A DNA stretch of 64,000 nucleotides from an uncultured Verrucomicrobiae bacterium (lineage in GTDB: Bacteria; Verrucomicrobiota; Verrucomicrobiia; Chthoniobacterales; JAFAMB01), in the NCBI GenBank assembly GCA_963762565.1, contig CAVXLD010000012.1, forward strand, positions 32,001 to 96,000, in the 5' to 3' direction. The notes below the pieces were generated by a model, which was not told the DNA's origin, ran no database searches, and saw only the letters and a list, made by a program, of their open reading frames with translations. This document shows, piece after piece, positions 39,649 through 50,116 of this stretch; position 1 is the first letter of the stretch; each line of letters begins with the position of its first letter. A program made the position numbers and the translations under genes.

Positions 39649-40791
39649 ATGAAACCAGGTTCAATCGGACAATTGAAGACGAAACGGCAGACGAAACGTC
39701 TGGCACTGATGTTAACCGGCCTCACCGTACTGAGCGCAGTGATCTTACCTGCCGGTAAGATAGCAGCGGCTGAGGGTAAACCAAAGGTCATCGGATATTA
39801 CATGGATGCCTCTGATGACTATTATAAAGCGGGTTTCCAAGTGTTCAAAGCGCTGGCCACTAAAGCTGGTTGGCAAGTACAGGACGTAGTGGGGCAAGGA
39901 ACTGCTCCCGAGCAGATTGCTGCGGTGGAGAATTTCATCACCCAGGGGGTGGACGCGATCGTGGTGGTTCAGAACTCGCCCCAGACTACCTCAGAGACAC
40001 TGAAACGGTGCCACGATGCCGGGATTCCGGAGTTTCACCTCACTCACAATCCGCCAAACGAGCCAGGGTTGGCAGGGTTCGCCGGATTTGACTGGGTCTA
40101 CGATGGAGAACTCGCGGGGAAATCGGCCATGAAACACAACGTTAAAAAGTTGATCATGATCGAAGGTAAACTTGGCCAGGGGACCGCCGCCGGCCAGACG
40201 CAAGGTTTTCTCCAGGCGTACAAGAAAGCCGGCAAGGACATCGGTAACGCCCTAGACAGCGTTGGCGTACGCGGCGCCGGCGGCAAAGACCTGCAGGTAG
40301 TGTTCTGGGGCTCAGGAAATTGGTTCGCTGATCCAGCAAAGAAAGTGATGCAGGATGCTATCACGTCGCTGGGACCGGATGGGTTTGATGGCGCTTATGT
40401 CCAAAACGACGAGATGATGACGGGCGCCCTCGAAGCCATGCAGGAGGCCGGACTTGATTCCAGCAAATACTGGCTCGGTGCCAGCAACGGTAAAGAGAAG
40501 TCTTGGAACTGGGTGGAAAAAGGACAAACCACGATGGACGTTAACCAATGCCCCACACTCGAAGCGGATATTTGTTTCCAGCAGATGACTGCCTACTTCG
40601 ATAAAAAGCCGTACAAGCGAGCTGTGTTCGTTAACTTTTTGCCGTTCGAAAAAGACACGCTGGACAAATCTAAGTTGATTCCGTGGATCCTGAACGACTA
40701 CATGACGAAGAGAGCAGCGAACGCGTTTGTGTACGACATCAATAATGCCGTGTTTAGAGAGAACCCGGCCTACGCGGTAGCAGCGAAGTAA
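39649..40791 (+). CDS. Sugar ABC transporter substrate-binding protein
   Basis: Signal peptide; EQIAAVENFITQGVDAIVV, QNDEMMTGA; in operon with ATPase and permease. Confidence 0.9.
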   Translation: MKPGSIGQLKTKRQTKRLALMLTGLTVLSAVILPAGKIAAAEGKPKVIGYYMDASDDYYKAGFQVFKALATKAGWQVQDVVGQGTAPEQIAAVENFITQGVDAIVVVQNSPQTTSETLKRCHDAGIPEFHLTHNPPNEPGLAGFAGFDWVYDGELAGKSAMKHNVKKLIMIEGKLGQGTAAGQTQGFLQAYKKAGKDIGNALDSVGVRGAGGKDLQVVFWGSGNWFADPAKKVMQDAITSLGPDGFDGAYVQNDEMMTGALEAMQEAGLDSSKYWLGASNGKEKSWNWVEKGQTTMDVNQCPTLEADICFQQMTAYFDKKPYKRAVFVNFLPFEKDTLDKSKLIPWILNDYMTKRAANAFVYDINNAVFRENPAYAVAAK

Positions 40792-40871
40792 ATTAGGAGT
40801 TCCGGTAGGGCGTTTTCTTGCGCGCCGGTTGGCGGTCACCAATCGGCGCGGGCATCCATCTGAATGAATCG

Positions 40872-41305
40872 AGATTTACCGCGAAGCGGTTAAACAATAT
40901 AGCCCAGGCCTTCAGGCCTGGGTGCGGCCGCCACATAGACTCGCCCTGAAAGGGCGACCGATGGTGTGCCGGTCAGTCAACGCGCCATCGCTTCGACACT
41001 CCTCGGGCGCCGCTCATGAGGCGCTTCGCTCTCAAAATGTGTGGGGACCCATCGCCGGGAGGGATCGCGTCCTCGCGATCCGTCGTGACCGAAACTGGGG
41101 ACGTGTTTTGATCAAGGAAGAAAATAGGCCGCTGGGTGGTGGCACGTCCTCGCGGCGCGCGGGGACGCGCGCCCTCCCCGAATTGCCCCCCGCCAAGGCG
41201 CGGTTGGAGGTGCTTTCAGGGCGCATTTCGGATCGGCGCAACCCAAGGCCGAAACCTTTCGGGCCTGGGCTATTTTGTATAGCCGCTTCGCGGCAAAATC
41301 CGACA
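40872..41305. repeat. Composite MITE/REPIN-like element with ~37-bp imperfect terminal inverted repeats (contains copy 2 of the 245-bp repeat)
   Basis: GATTTACCGCGAAGCGGTTAAACAATATAGCCCAGG versus CCTGGGCTATTTTGTATAGCCGCTTCGCGGCAAAATC; inner CGCCCTGAAAG / CTTTCAGGGCG. Confidence 0.8.
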
Positions 41306-41400
41306 GCCTCCTAGGCTAAAACCTTTTCAGCCCCGAAATGCTTCGGGGTAAACGCTTCGCGGCTCTACCAGTCCGTTGGCCATCGGCTATTGGTTATTGG

Positions 41401-42234
41401 CTATCCGCGAAGCGAGATCGCCTTGTAGGCTCTCATCGTTTCGCTGATCGCTTTCTCGACCGGGAGCCGCTCCATACTGGAGGCGCCGTAGAAGCCGTGT
41501 AAGCCTTTGGTCCGATGCAACACGTATTCGGCATCGGGCGGCTCAGAGATGGGGCCGCCATGACAAAGAACAATGACCTCAGGGTTTATCGCTTTGGCTG
41601 CATCGGCGATTTCCTGAACCTTGGCCGGCGCATTCTCTAAGGTCACTGCCGTTGTCGCGCCGATCGATCCTTTAGTCGTGAGTCCTAAATGCGCCACGAT
41701 AATGTCGGCTCCTGCCTCCGCCATGGCTTTGGCTTCGTCCGCGTTAAAACAGTAAGGCGTGGTTAACAGATTCATCTGATGCGCTAACCGGATCATCTCG
41801 ATCTCCAGGCCGAAGCCCATGCCGGTTTCTTCAAGATTCTGGCGGAACAATCCATCGATTAAGCCAACCGTCGGAAAATTTTGTACACCGGAAAAACCGG
41901 CATCGGCTACCTCTCTTAGGAAAAGCGGCATTTGGCGAAATGGATCGGTCCCACAGACACCAGCCAATACCGGGGTATCTCTGACGACGGTGAGAACTTC
42001 ATTGGCCATTTCCATGACAATGGCGTTCGCGTCACCATACGGCATCAAACCGGACAACGAACCGCGACCGGCCATGCGATAGCGGCCGCTATTGTAGATA
42101 ATGATTAAATCGACACCGCCGGCGGCTTCGAATTTCGCCGATATACCAGTGCCAGCACCGCCCCCAATAATCGGCCGGCCCTCGGCCATGACTGCCCGTA
42201 ACCGTTTAAGAACTTGTTCTCTAGTAAGCGCCAT
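41401..42234 (-). CDS. Phosphoenolpyruvate-hydrolase-like TIM-barrel protein (Tm-1 C-terminal homologue)
   Basis: [60 protein letters not shown]. Confidence 0.9.
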   Translation of the reverse strand: MALTREQVLKRLRAVMAEGRPIIGGGAGTGISAKFEAAGGVDLIIIYNSGRYRMAGRGSLSGLMPYGDANAIVMEMANEVLTVVRDTPVLAGVCGTDPFRQMPLFLREVADAGFSGVQNFPTVGLIDGLFRQNLEETGMGFGLEIEMIRLAHQMNLLTTPYCFNADEAKAMAEAGADIIVAHLGLTTKGSIGATTAVTLENAPAKVQEIADAAKAINPEVIVLCHGGPISEPPDAEYVLHRTKGLHGFYGASSMERLPVEKAISETMRAYKAISLRG

Positions 42235-42468
42235 AACTGAAACCGCGAATGCACACGAATATACGCGAAGAAGAAAAGAAGAAATCCAACCGCAGATTAA
42301 CGCAGATGTACGCAGATAGATTCTCTAGAGTCGCCTCCCTGAATTTTGTTTGCTTTATCTGCGTGCATCTGTGCCTGTCGCGCCATAGCGAAGCGGCGGC
42401 GGATTCATCTGCGGTTTGCCTTTTTCTTCGCGTTTGGTCGTCTGCGCCTCTGTGGTGAAATTAAGTTG

Positions 42469-43698
42469 TTAGTTTTTCCGTTGGCTCATCAGCTGGAGCA
42501 TCATCTCTACGGCTTTCGCCGCGAATGCTGGGTCATTGATATTCAAGTCGACCTCAACGATGGGGATACCGGGTTTAACGTTGGCCTCGATCGCGTCAAA
42601 AATCGCGCGATCTGCTTCCCGGTCGCAGAACGGCTGGCCGTCACCATCCAGCATTGAAACACCACGCAGCGGAATTAAGAAAGCAACCGGGCCGGTGGCC
42701 GCATTTGCTTTCTTGGCAAAGATTTCTCCCATTTGACGGTTCTCGTCCGCGTTGGTCCGCATCAGTGTTACCGACGGGTTCCATTCATAGAAAAGGCGTT
42801 TTGCTTGGCGAAACCTCTCCGGGACAGTTGATGGCGCACCGTAGTTCGCCATGTCGACACAGCCAGGAACAATCAGATGCGGTATTCCACGTTGACCGGG
42901 AGCATCGAGTCTTTCGGGGCCGGCGCTGAAAACTCCCTGACAAAGTTCATCTGCCCATTCTGTGGTGGTGATATCTAAGACGCCTTCCACCAGATCGTCG
43001 GCGACCAATGTTTCCATGGCTCGTCCTCCGGCTCCGGTAGCGTGGAACACCAGAACTTCAAAACCACGGTCGTTCAACGCCTTCCCACAAGCATTCACAC
43101 AATCCGTCGTGTTACCAAACATCGAGGCCGTGATGATAGGACGATCTTCAGGAGACTGAGGCGGCTCGTTCTGAACCATCCCGCAGATAGCACCCGCTGC
43201 TCGCGCATAGATCAGCCGGGAAATCCGATTCAACCCGGCAACATCAACGATCGATGGGATCATCGTGATGTCTTTGCCCCGCACGTAAAAGGAGACATCT
43301 CCGGAAGCCACCGTCGAGACCAGTACTTTTGGTAGTCCGATCGGGATAGAGCGCATCGCTGAAGCAATGATGGATGAACCTCCGGATCCGCCCATACCGA
43401 TGATGCCATCGAATTTGCCCTGATCATATAATTCCCGGACAAGTCGCGGCGCAGCTTGATCGAACGTTTTCATCGCCGCCCCTTTGTCCCCCTGAGCGCT
43501 GATACCGCCCAAATCGATGCCGCCCGCCTTGAGCACATCTTTGGCTTCGAAATCGACAGGGAACAAAGTCGTGGTCCCGAGGACGCCAATATTGATGGTC
43601 ATGACTTGGCAGCCCAGTCTTAGAATCTCCTGTCGCAGGAAGGCGTGATCCTCGCCTTTGGTATCGAAGGCGCCAATGACACAGATTGTTTTAGACAT
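42469..43698 (-). CDS. Tm-1-like ATP-binding domain protein (UPF0261)
   Basis: GAFDTKGED, GGSGGS, LPKVLVSTVASG, SIVDVAGLN, SMFGNTT, VFHATGAGG, TLMRT. Confidence 0.92.
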   Translation of the reverse strand: MSKTICVIGAFDTKGEDHAFLRQEILRLGCQVMTINIGVLGTTTLFPVDFEAKDVLKAGGIDLGGISAQGDKGAAMKTFDQAAPRLVRELYDQGKFDGIIGMGGSGGSSIIASAMRSIPIGLPKVLVSTVASGDVSFYVRGKDITMIPSIVDVAGLNRISRLIYARAAGAICGMVQNEPPQSPEDRPIITASMFGNTTDCVNACGKALNDRGFEVLVFHATGAGGRAMETLVADDLVEGVLDITTTEWADELCQGVFSAGPERLDAPGQRGIPHLIVPGCVDMANYGAPSTVPERFRQAKRLFYEWNPSVTLMRTNADENRQMGEIFAKKANAATGPVAFLIPLRGVSMLDGDGQPFCDREADRAIFDAIEANVKPGIPIVEVDLNINDPAFAAKAVEMMLQLMSQRKN

Positions 43699-43704
43699 TT
43701 GTCA

Positions 43705-44109
43705 TTACCGCGCAGCGGTCACCTTGCAGCCGGGAATCTCCCGCAGCAACCGTTCGGGCCCGGCCGGTGAGTAAACGACGATGAGCCTCATCGGTTCATT
43801 CCCGGTGTTAACGGTCGAGTGATAAATATCGGCCGGGATATAGACGCTCGCCCCGGGGCCAACCTTAACGGGAGCTTGGTCGTCCACCATCTGCTCGCCA
43901 ACTCCGGAAACGACATAGATGATCTCTTCCGATCCGGGATGATTATGTCGCGCGTGCCCTTTTCCTTGGGCCAGCTCAACGATCCCGAAACTGAAACGCT
44001 CGGCATTCGTTACCTGGGGTTCACTGAGGAAATGAATCTTTCCCCAATCAAATTCAAGCCGGTCGACGTCGTCTGTGGTGGTAATAAAACCAGATCCAAG
44101 CTTCTCCAT
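43705..44109 (-). CDS. Cupin domain protein
   Basis: GHARHNHPGSEEIIYVVSG and PGASVYIPADIYH. Confidence 0.9.
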   Translation of the reverse strand: MEKLGSGFITTTDDVDRLEFDWGKIHFLSEPQVTNAERFSFGIVELAQGKGHARHNHPGSEEIIYVVSGVGEQMVDDQAPVKVGPGASVYIPADIYHSTVNTGNEPMRLIVVYSPAGPERLLREIPGCKVTAAR

Positions 44110-44370
44110 AAAGGGGGATGGGTTGTTTGATGTGGCAAAGAAATCTGGCAAGAATTTCTGCGTAACCAAATGATTTGTTTTCGCAACGCCCGATTTAAGC
44201 AGAACCGATGAGGCCCAGCATATAATTCCCATGCGTCACATAGGTCCTATCCGGTGATAGACACCCCACGCGACCGAATTCGAGGACGACGACGAGGACA
44301 GCTTGCCCGACGAAGCTTTATCTAGATCGGTTGGCAGCTCTGTCTGTGAGCGAAGTCGGGAGAACGACGC

Positions 44371-45382
44371 TTACGTATCGAGCATTTCTTTTAGGACGGC
44401 GCGCAGGACAGGCCGGATATCAGCGGCTAATTCAGGATTAGCATAACCGACCCACGAAATCGGTGAGGTCGTATCCAGAGGACCATCCATCGGACTACCG
44501 TCTGGAGACTCCAATATGATCCCCGCTTCTTCTAAAACCAGCGCACCCGCGACATCATAAGGATGGCAGCAAAGCGCCGACGGGATACCCAGCTTCTTGA
44601 AAACTAAAGGCCGAATATCGGCGATCATTCGATCATGTCCCAACAGAAGCTCGCAGAATTGGCCCCCGGTGGAGATGTACTGATCTTCGAAAACAATCAC
44701 TTCCTTCCCGGTTGCAATCGGGTAAAGCCGGTCCCACACTGCCTGTTCAATCGCGGCCGTCAGTGCTTTACCCGCAGGGAAGAAACGAGAGATATAGCCG
44801 AAGCCATGAAGCATGTCAGTGGCAAGTGACGGCCTGACGGAGCGGGCGAGGATCTCACCGGTAAAGACATCGACTGAATCACTGAATAGGCCGCCGCCAC
44901 GAATCGCGGAGAACCTGTCTACGCGCCATTGTTTCGTTGTCGGTAGCTCGACCATCACCGCAACCTCGATGTCAGACAGCCTGGTCTCCGGTCCCCGTTG
45001 AGGCGCTACTCCGGCGAGAAACCAGGCCGCCCGTTTGTCGTACATGATACCTCGAGTACCGTCGATTGGGTCCAGGATAATTTTGGCGTCGGTTTGGTCT
45101 GACGGAATCTTTTCGGGAAAGGTGACCGGATTCTGTGGATCGATACCTTCCATCACTAACTCCACCGGAATCGTCGCGGGCCAATGATCAGCAAACCAGG
45201 CCGCGATCGCGTCTTCGCTGATCCGATCGATGCCGTAAATGGTATCGGCAACGCTCTCCCGCGAAATCGCGGCTAATTCCGCAGTGTCACTCGCGCGCCG
45301 CGCATTCAGCAAGCATTGACGAACATGATCGCCAAGCTGGAGTAATAGCTTCCCTGATCCGATCCGGCTCCGAGATTTTCAT
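44371..45382 (-). CDS. Inositol monophosphatase/FIG superfamily protein (N-terminal frameshift)
   Basis: DPIDGTRG, MEG, HPYDVAGALVLEEAG; start MKISEPDRIR is restored by removing one G. Confidence 0.85.
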
Positions 45383-45444
45383 CTCTCATAAGCTACCGCT
45401 GAGTCGCAGAGACTGCTACGGCTCAACCAATTCAGCTGCTTGGT

Positions 45445-46506
45445 CTAACTCTTCAGCTCGGACTGGCGTTTGAAGATCTTTTCTCCATCGATGACTTGGT
45501 TGGCCAGCTTATTGTAGCTGTCATCATCGCTGATCAACGACCATCGATAGAATGTACGCGCTGTTTGGGCGTAACTGACTTTCTTGTATTTACCGCCTCG
45601 ATCTTTCTCCTGGCTCAGACCGGTCCGAGTGTTCCCCGTCGAATCGATCGTTCCATCCGGCAAAATCCGCGTTCTTAGCCAGTGGTTCGCAGCCTTTAAC
45701 ATCGTGAACAGCTCTTTCTTGGTCTCCTCATCTGCCACAAAGTCGTAGTACCGTTCAGCAAACACCAGGCCCACCGCGTGGTAACTGCAATCGTAGCCGC
45801 CTTTCTCCGGGTTAAATCCTGACGGATCCTGTAGGGCGCATCCATCCCGGATATACTCTTTAGAATGCTCAACCAATTGCTGGTTGTCGCAAAGGACACC
45901 TGCCATCCCCAGGGCAGCGCCTACCAAAAAACGGCGATGGGTATAAGGCGCATTGTTTTTACGACCAGGACCTTCCACGCTCGGAGTGATCATCCAGAGC
46001 GCGGCCTTAAGAATCCGCGGCTTCATCCAATCTATTTCCGCAGCATAACGATGATGATAAGAGCTGCCTCCGAGTAGCAGGCAGGCCCGCGCGCTTGCCT
46101 CGACAAAAAAAGACGTGCTATGGAACGCGTCCGGACAATCAAACCCTCCGTCCGGTCGTTGTCGTTCAAATCCCCAGTGTAAGATCTTGAGGCCGCGATC
46201 GATAGCAGCAGGATCATTTTGCGAAATTCCGGCGCTGACTGCCTCGGCTCCATAACGTTGCTCTTCGATGTACCATTTGCCGGTGTGCGTCTGTTCCCAT
46301 GTCATATTAACCGGGCCCTCGGCTCCGGTTGGTGAAATATCGGCTGCGATTTTGTCCGGATGCGCGTAAGCAGTCCGTCTCATAAAGTCGCTGTTTTCAA
46401 CTTGTAATTCGTCGTTAGCCGAGGCGAAAGCGTGCCCGGCGAACGAACCACAAAGGAATACAAACAGTAACTGCCAAACCAGCGGATAAATTGAACTCCT
46501 TTTCAT
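45445..46506 (-). CDS. Secreted hypothetical protein, possibly an alpha/alpha-toroid carbohydrate enzyme
   Basis: Signal peptide; helical body with QRPDGGF, YTHRR, GFNPEKGGYDCSY. Confidence 0.7.
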   Translation of the reverse strand: MKRSSIYPLVWQLLFVFLCGSFAGHAFASANDELQVENSDFMRRTAYAHPDKIAADISPTGAEGPVNMTWEQTHTGKWYIEEQRYGAEAVSAGISQNDPAAIDRGLKILHWGFERQRPDGGFDCPDAFHSTSFFVEASARACLLLGGSSYHHRYAAEIDWMKPRILKAALWMITPSVEGPGRKNNAPYTHRRFLVGAALGMAGVLCDNQQLVEHSKEYIRDGCALQDPSGFNPEKGGYDCSYHAVGLVFAERYYDFVADEETKKELFTMLKAANHWLRTRILPDGTIDSTGNTRTGLSQEKDRGGKYKKVSYAQTARTFYRWSLISDDDSYNKLANQVIDGEKIFKRQSELKS

Positions 46507-46576
46507 AGATGGTGATTTCCGTTGAATATTTAGGTTAATCTCCGGGCGTCGCTCCGGCTACGATTGAAAAGGCGCA

Positions 46577-49500
46577 TTAGTCGAACCAATTACCCGGCTG
46601 TTCGCGGAAATCGATGTAGTGGCCCTCGTTGCGGTCCCAAAGGTAGACGTTCCATAGATACGAACGAAAGACTAACCGAGCGTTCTGGCGCAGATAGAGC
46701 TGGAGTCGGCCGGCCGGATAGTTCCAGAAAATGTCCTGCCAGCGGATCGTGTCCGGTTCGCGATTATACACAACCCAGACCCGGTCATATTTGGCGAACG
46801 TCCGTTGGAGAGCGTCGATATTTCCCAGCAACTCAGCGCCACCGTTCCGATCGATCAGTTTGCCATTCTTCCGGTAGACGTAGTCATAGTAAGTGGGGAC
46901 CGCGAGATCGTAGTTTGGCCGGCGATCTTCCAGCAGAGCGGTTTGAGGATGCAGCTCAGTAATGGCTAACCTGTCTCCCGGTCGCTCGTTTGCCGCCACG
47001 AATCTCAGCGCAGCCACCGGATTGGCTTGCAGAGAAATGTCATATGAACCTGGTATTCGCCATGGCGCCCAGGAAGCGACGACCGCTGCCACACATCCAA
47101 CCGCGAAGGCCCACCGAGGCCAGACTCTGGCGGATCCCAGAACGAGAAAGCCCGCCAGCTCTTTCATCCCATGGATACAGAGTAAGATCCAAATGGCGAT
47201 CAGATAGTAGTCGTAACGGAACCCCTTTGCTGTGATCAGAATGTTAATGACGACAATACTCAGGAAGAAATAAACGTACAGACAGAGCCAATCACGCCGG
47301 CGGCGGCGAGCGGCACTGATAAAGCCTGGGATCAAGAAAAAGCTGAGCACTAGGTGCAACCGCGAATAGCCAACGAACATGGCTAGAAAATTTGTCGGTT
47401 TATCAAAGCACCAGCCGATCGTGGCATCCAAGCGAGCGCTGACACCATCCAAAGCGGTCAAACATTTAATTTGGAAGAAAGCCAGATCGAGCGCGATCAG
47501 TGCTACCGCGCAGCAACCAACCACCAGAAACCGGATCTCATCCGGCCATGATCTGCGCTGCGCAAAAAGCAGATAACAGACAAACAGCGGAAGAACGCCT
47601 AACAGAGTGATTTCCTGGCTGAAGATGGCAATAAGAAACATCAGGAGCGCCAGGTAACGGTCCCGCATCCCCGTGTTATGAACAAACCCGGTAATAAAGA
47701 GATAGACTGCTAGTAGATGGAAGAACTGCTGTTGCTGATAGAAGCGGACAATATGCGACGTAAAAATCAAATAAGGATGTATATCAAAGAGAATGAGCGC
47801 GATGAATGCCCATAGCTTGCTTCCTGTGAACCGCTCAGTCAGCTTCCACAAAAGGAACCCGGTGAGACAGGCAAAGAAGACAGTTAACAACCGCATCGCG
47901 TAAATCGAATCGTGGCTCAGAAAAGCCACCAGACCGCTCAGATAATGAAACGCCGGACTTCGGGTATACCAGACTTCAGGCTGAAAAGCCGGAATACCGG
48001 TGTGCGCAATGGCTAAGGAAGCTTGGATCGAAACTCCTTCGTCCTGATCTACCGGTTGCAGGTCGATCTGCCACGCACGCAAGACGAAACACAGTACCAA
48101 CCCTAGTGTGAGTAGGACAGGCCATAACCAACCATTTTGGCCAGCCGGCGACGCCGCGATTCGAAGCGGCGCAGACCGTCGGCCAAACCAGAGAGGAACT
48201 AACCCAGCAAGAAGAGCGCCGCCGAGAACCAGGAGGTAAGTAATGGGAAACCGCCAGTAGATTGCTTCACTCCGCTCCATCATTCCCGCTCGCAGCAGCA
48301 GAGCGATCCAGATCCAGCCGGCCACAATGGCACAAATCGGCTGACCGCGCCGAAGCAGCTCGGCGATCGGAGGAGCTTCCGCTGCAATCAGATAGAGCAT
48401 CACTCCGGCAATAAGGAAGATTGCCAAGGCGGAAGCGAACCAAGCCCGCTGTGGATAAACTGTGCCAAGGTAACGCATGGCCGGCAGCGTTGAGCTGTCG
48501 ACCGGACCGTCACAATCGGCGACGGTCGATCGGATTTCGTTCCCCTGAGGATCGGTGACCAGAACCCTGGTTTGTTCGCCGCTAGCAAAACCGGCCCCAT
48601 GGTCACCGGAAGTGTAACCACCGTCAAATGCGAAAAACGGTTTTCGACTCAAAGAATTCGTTACTGGCTGATCTTTATACAGCGCAATCTTGATCTGGTT
48701 GTGCCCAACGTGCAGCAGCGGCGTTATGGCGTAGCCAACATACTCTACCAGTCGTCGATCCCGGGACAGCTGCGGCGCCGTCGTCCGATCAGGATTCAGC
48801 GGATCTGTGTACGGATTGTGCTCGACGCCAGCCTTTGATCCTTGAGGCAAGATGTTCAAGGGAATAACGCCTTGATATTGTGGACTATTCGGCACTCCGG
48901 AGTTAGCCGATTGGTTATCCGAAAGGTAATTATTATTTGGGGCGGCGAAGTTTAGCGGATTCGTATTTACTGGGCGACCCGCTATTGTCGGAGTCCACTC
49001 TTCGATCGTGGTAGGTTGCGGCGGCTGTTCTCCTGGCAATAGGGTAGCGACATCATTTTGCTCGAACCAATCAGGCTGGTTCTCAATCAAGGATTCAATC
49101 GGGCCCGGAACCCGTTCGCGAACGAACCAAGGTCCATACTCTTGGACTCCATAGGGAATATTGGCCGTTTCCATTGGTTGGCCATTGATCCAAATCCGGT
49201 AGGGCGTATCAGTTGCTACTCTTAAAAAGGCATCCTTTGGGCGGCCGCCCACATCCATGTCTTGCTCAAGCCACGTCACCGAATTTGCATCTATTGATCG
49301 GATTCGCTTTCCGAAAAATCCATCCCGGAACACCGCATCGGGGATAATCCGCCACATCGGATTACTCCAGGAAACCGTGTTCGCGTGCCGCCAATCGAAC
49401 ACGGGCACCTTAGGATCAACCCAACTGTACTGGGGGGCTCGCAGCGGCACTGGTTCGGCTACCCAATTTGCGCCGCTATGAATCGAAATCTTCTGGCCGT

Positions 49501-50116
49501 TTGCTAGCTGGATCTCACCTGACGCAATCAGCAACGGCCGGTCAGTCGAGGTTTCAATCTCTACACAGAGCACATTATGGCCAGCATGTAGGGACGGAGT
49601 CAGGTCAGCCCAAATCGGCAATTCCAGATAATCGTGCGGGACCCACTGGTATTCCCGGGGATAAACAATGGCGATGGATTCTGACCCGGTCTGCAATTTC
49701 TGACCGATCGCGCTCAAACCATTCTGGAAAGAATGAGTTGGTGTAAAAACATAGTTCCGCACCACTCCATTCCCATTGGCCGTCAACTCGAACCCTCCGT
49801 TCACATCCAGGACGATCCACGCGTGCGCTATCTTTGACGGGATATCCAGATCGAGCCGGAAACAGCCGGTAGCTTGATGTTGCGCACTGGTGGTAATCCA
49901 GGCAGCATCTCGATCAAATTTGTACTTCTCGGGCACGATTTCCCGCGGCGCCAAGAAAGCCATGACGCAGTAGAAGATGCCCGCCAGCGCGGCGGCCGCG
50001 AGTAACACGCCTCTTAATATCCGGAACGAGACCAGCTTGAACCGCCAACGACGGGAAACGCTAGATACGCGCTCCTGCTCATGCCCGAATTCGAGTGGGG
50101 TGTTGGTCGGGTTCAT
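46577..50116 (-). CDS. Large GT-C (ArnT/PMT-like) glycosyltransferase with long N-terminal extracytoplasmic domain
   Basis: FVLRAWQI..DQDE loop, YTRSP, MRLLTVFF, SHIVRFY, many TM helices; N-terminal FRLDL..NG..DLTPSLHAGHNVLCVE beta-sandwich-like repeats. Confidence 0.85.
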   Translation of the reverse strand: MNPTNTPLEFGHEQERVSSVSRRWRFKLVSFRILRGVLLAAAALAGIFYCVMAFLAPREIVPEKYKFDRDAAWITTSAQHQATGCFRLDLDIPSKIAHAWIVLDVNGGFELTANGNGVVRNYVFTPTHSFQNGLSAIGQKLQTGSESIAIVYPREYQWVPHDYLELPIWADLTPSLHAGHNVLCVEIETSTDRPLLIASGEIQLANGQKISIHSGANWVAEPVPLRAPQYSWVDPKVPVFDWRHANTVSWSNPMWRIIPDAVFRDGFFGKRIRSIDANSVTWLEQDMDVGGRPKDAFLRVATDTPYRIWINGQPMETANIPYGVQEYGPWFVRERVPGPIESLIENQPDWFEQNDVATLLPGEQPPQPTTIEEWTPTIAGRPVNTNPLNFAAPNNNYLSDNQSANSGVPNSPQYQGVIPLNILPQGSKAGVEHNPYTDPLNPDRTTAPQLSRDRRLVEYVGYAITPLLHVGHNQIKIALYKDQPVTNSLSRKPFFAFDGGYTSGDHGAGFASGEQTRVLVTDPQGNEIRSTVADCDGPVDSSTLPAMRYLGTVYPQRAWFASALAIFLIAGVMLYLIAAEAPPIAELLRRGQPICAIVAGWIWIALLLRAGMMERSEAIYWRFPITYLLVLGGALLAGLVPLWFGRRSAPLRIAASPAGQNGWLWPVLLTLGLVLCFVLRAWQIDLQPVDQDEGVSIQASLAIAHTGIPAFQPEVWYTRSPAFHYLSGLVAFLSHDSIYAMRLLTVFFACLTGFLLWKLTERFTGSKLWAFIALILFDIHPYLIFTSHIVRFYQQQQFFHLLAVYLFITGFVHNTGMRDRYLALLMFLIAIFSQEITLLGVLPLFVCYLLFAQRRSWPDEIRFLVVGCCAVALIALDLAFFQIKCLTALDGVSARLDATIGWCFDKPTNFLAMFVGYSRLHLVLSFFLIPGFISAARRRRRDWLCLYVYFFLSIVVINILITAKGFRYDYYLIAIWILLCIHGMKELAGFLVLGSARVWPRWAFAVGCVAAVVASWAPWRIPGSYDISLQANPVAALRFVAANERPGDRLAITELHPQTALLEDRRPNYDLAVPTYYDYVYRKNGKLIDRNGGAELLGNIDALQRTFAKYDRVWVVYNREPDTIRWQDIFWNYPAGRLQLYLRQNARLVFRSYLWNVYLWDRNEGHYIDFREQPGNWFD

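Noticed and set aside
40922..41314. 130-aa ORF similar to the 2922-3467 ORF
   Set aside because: The similarity comes from the non-coding repeat, not a protein family
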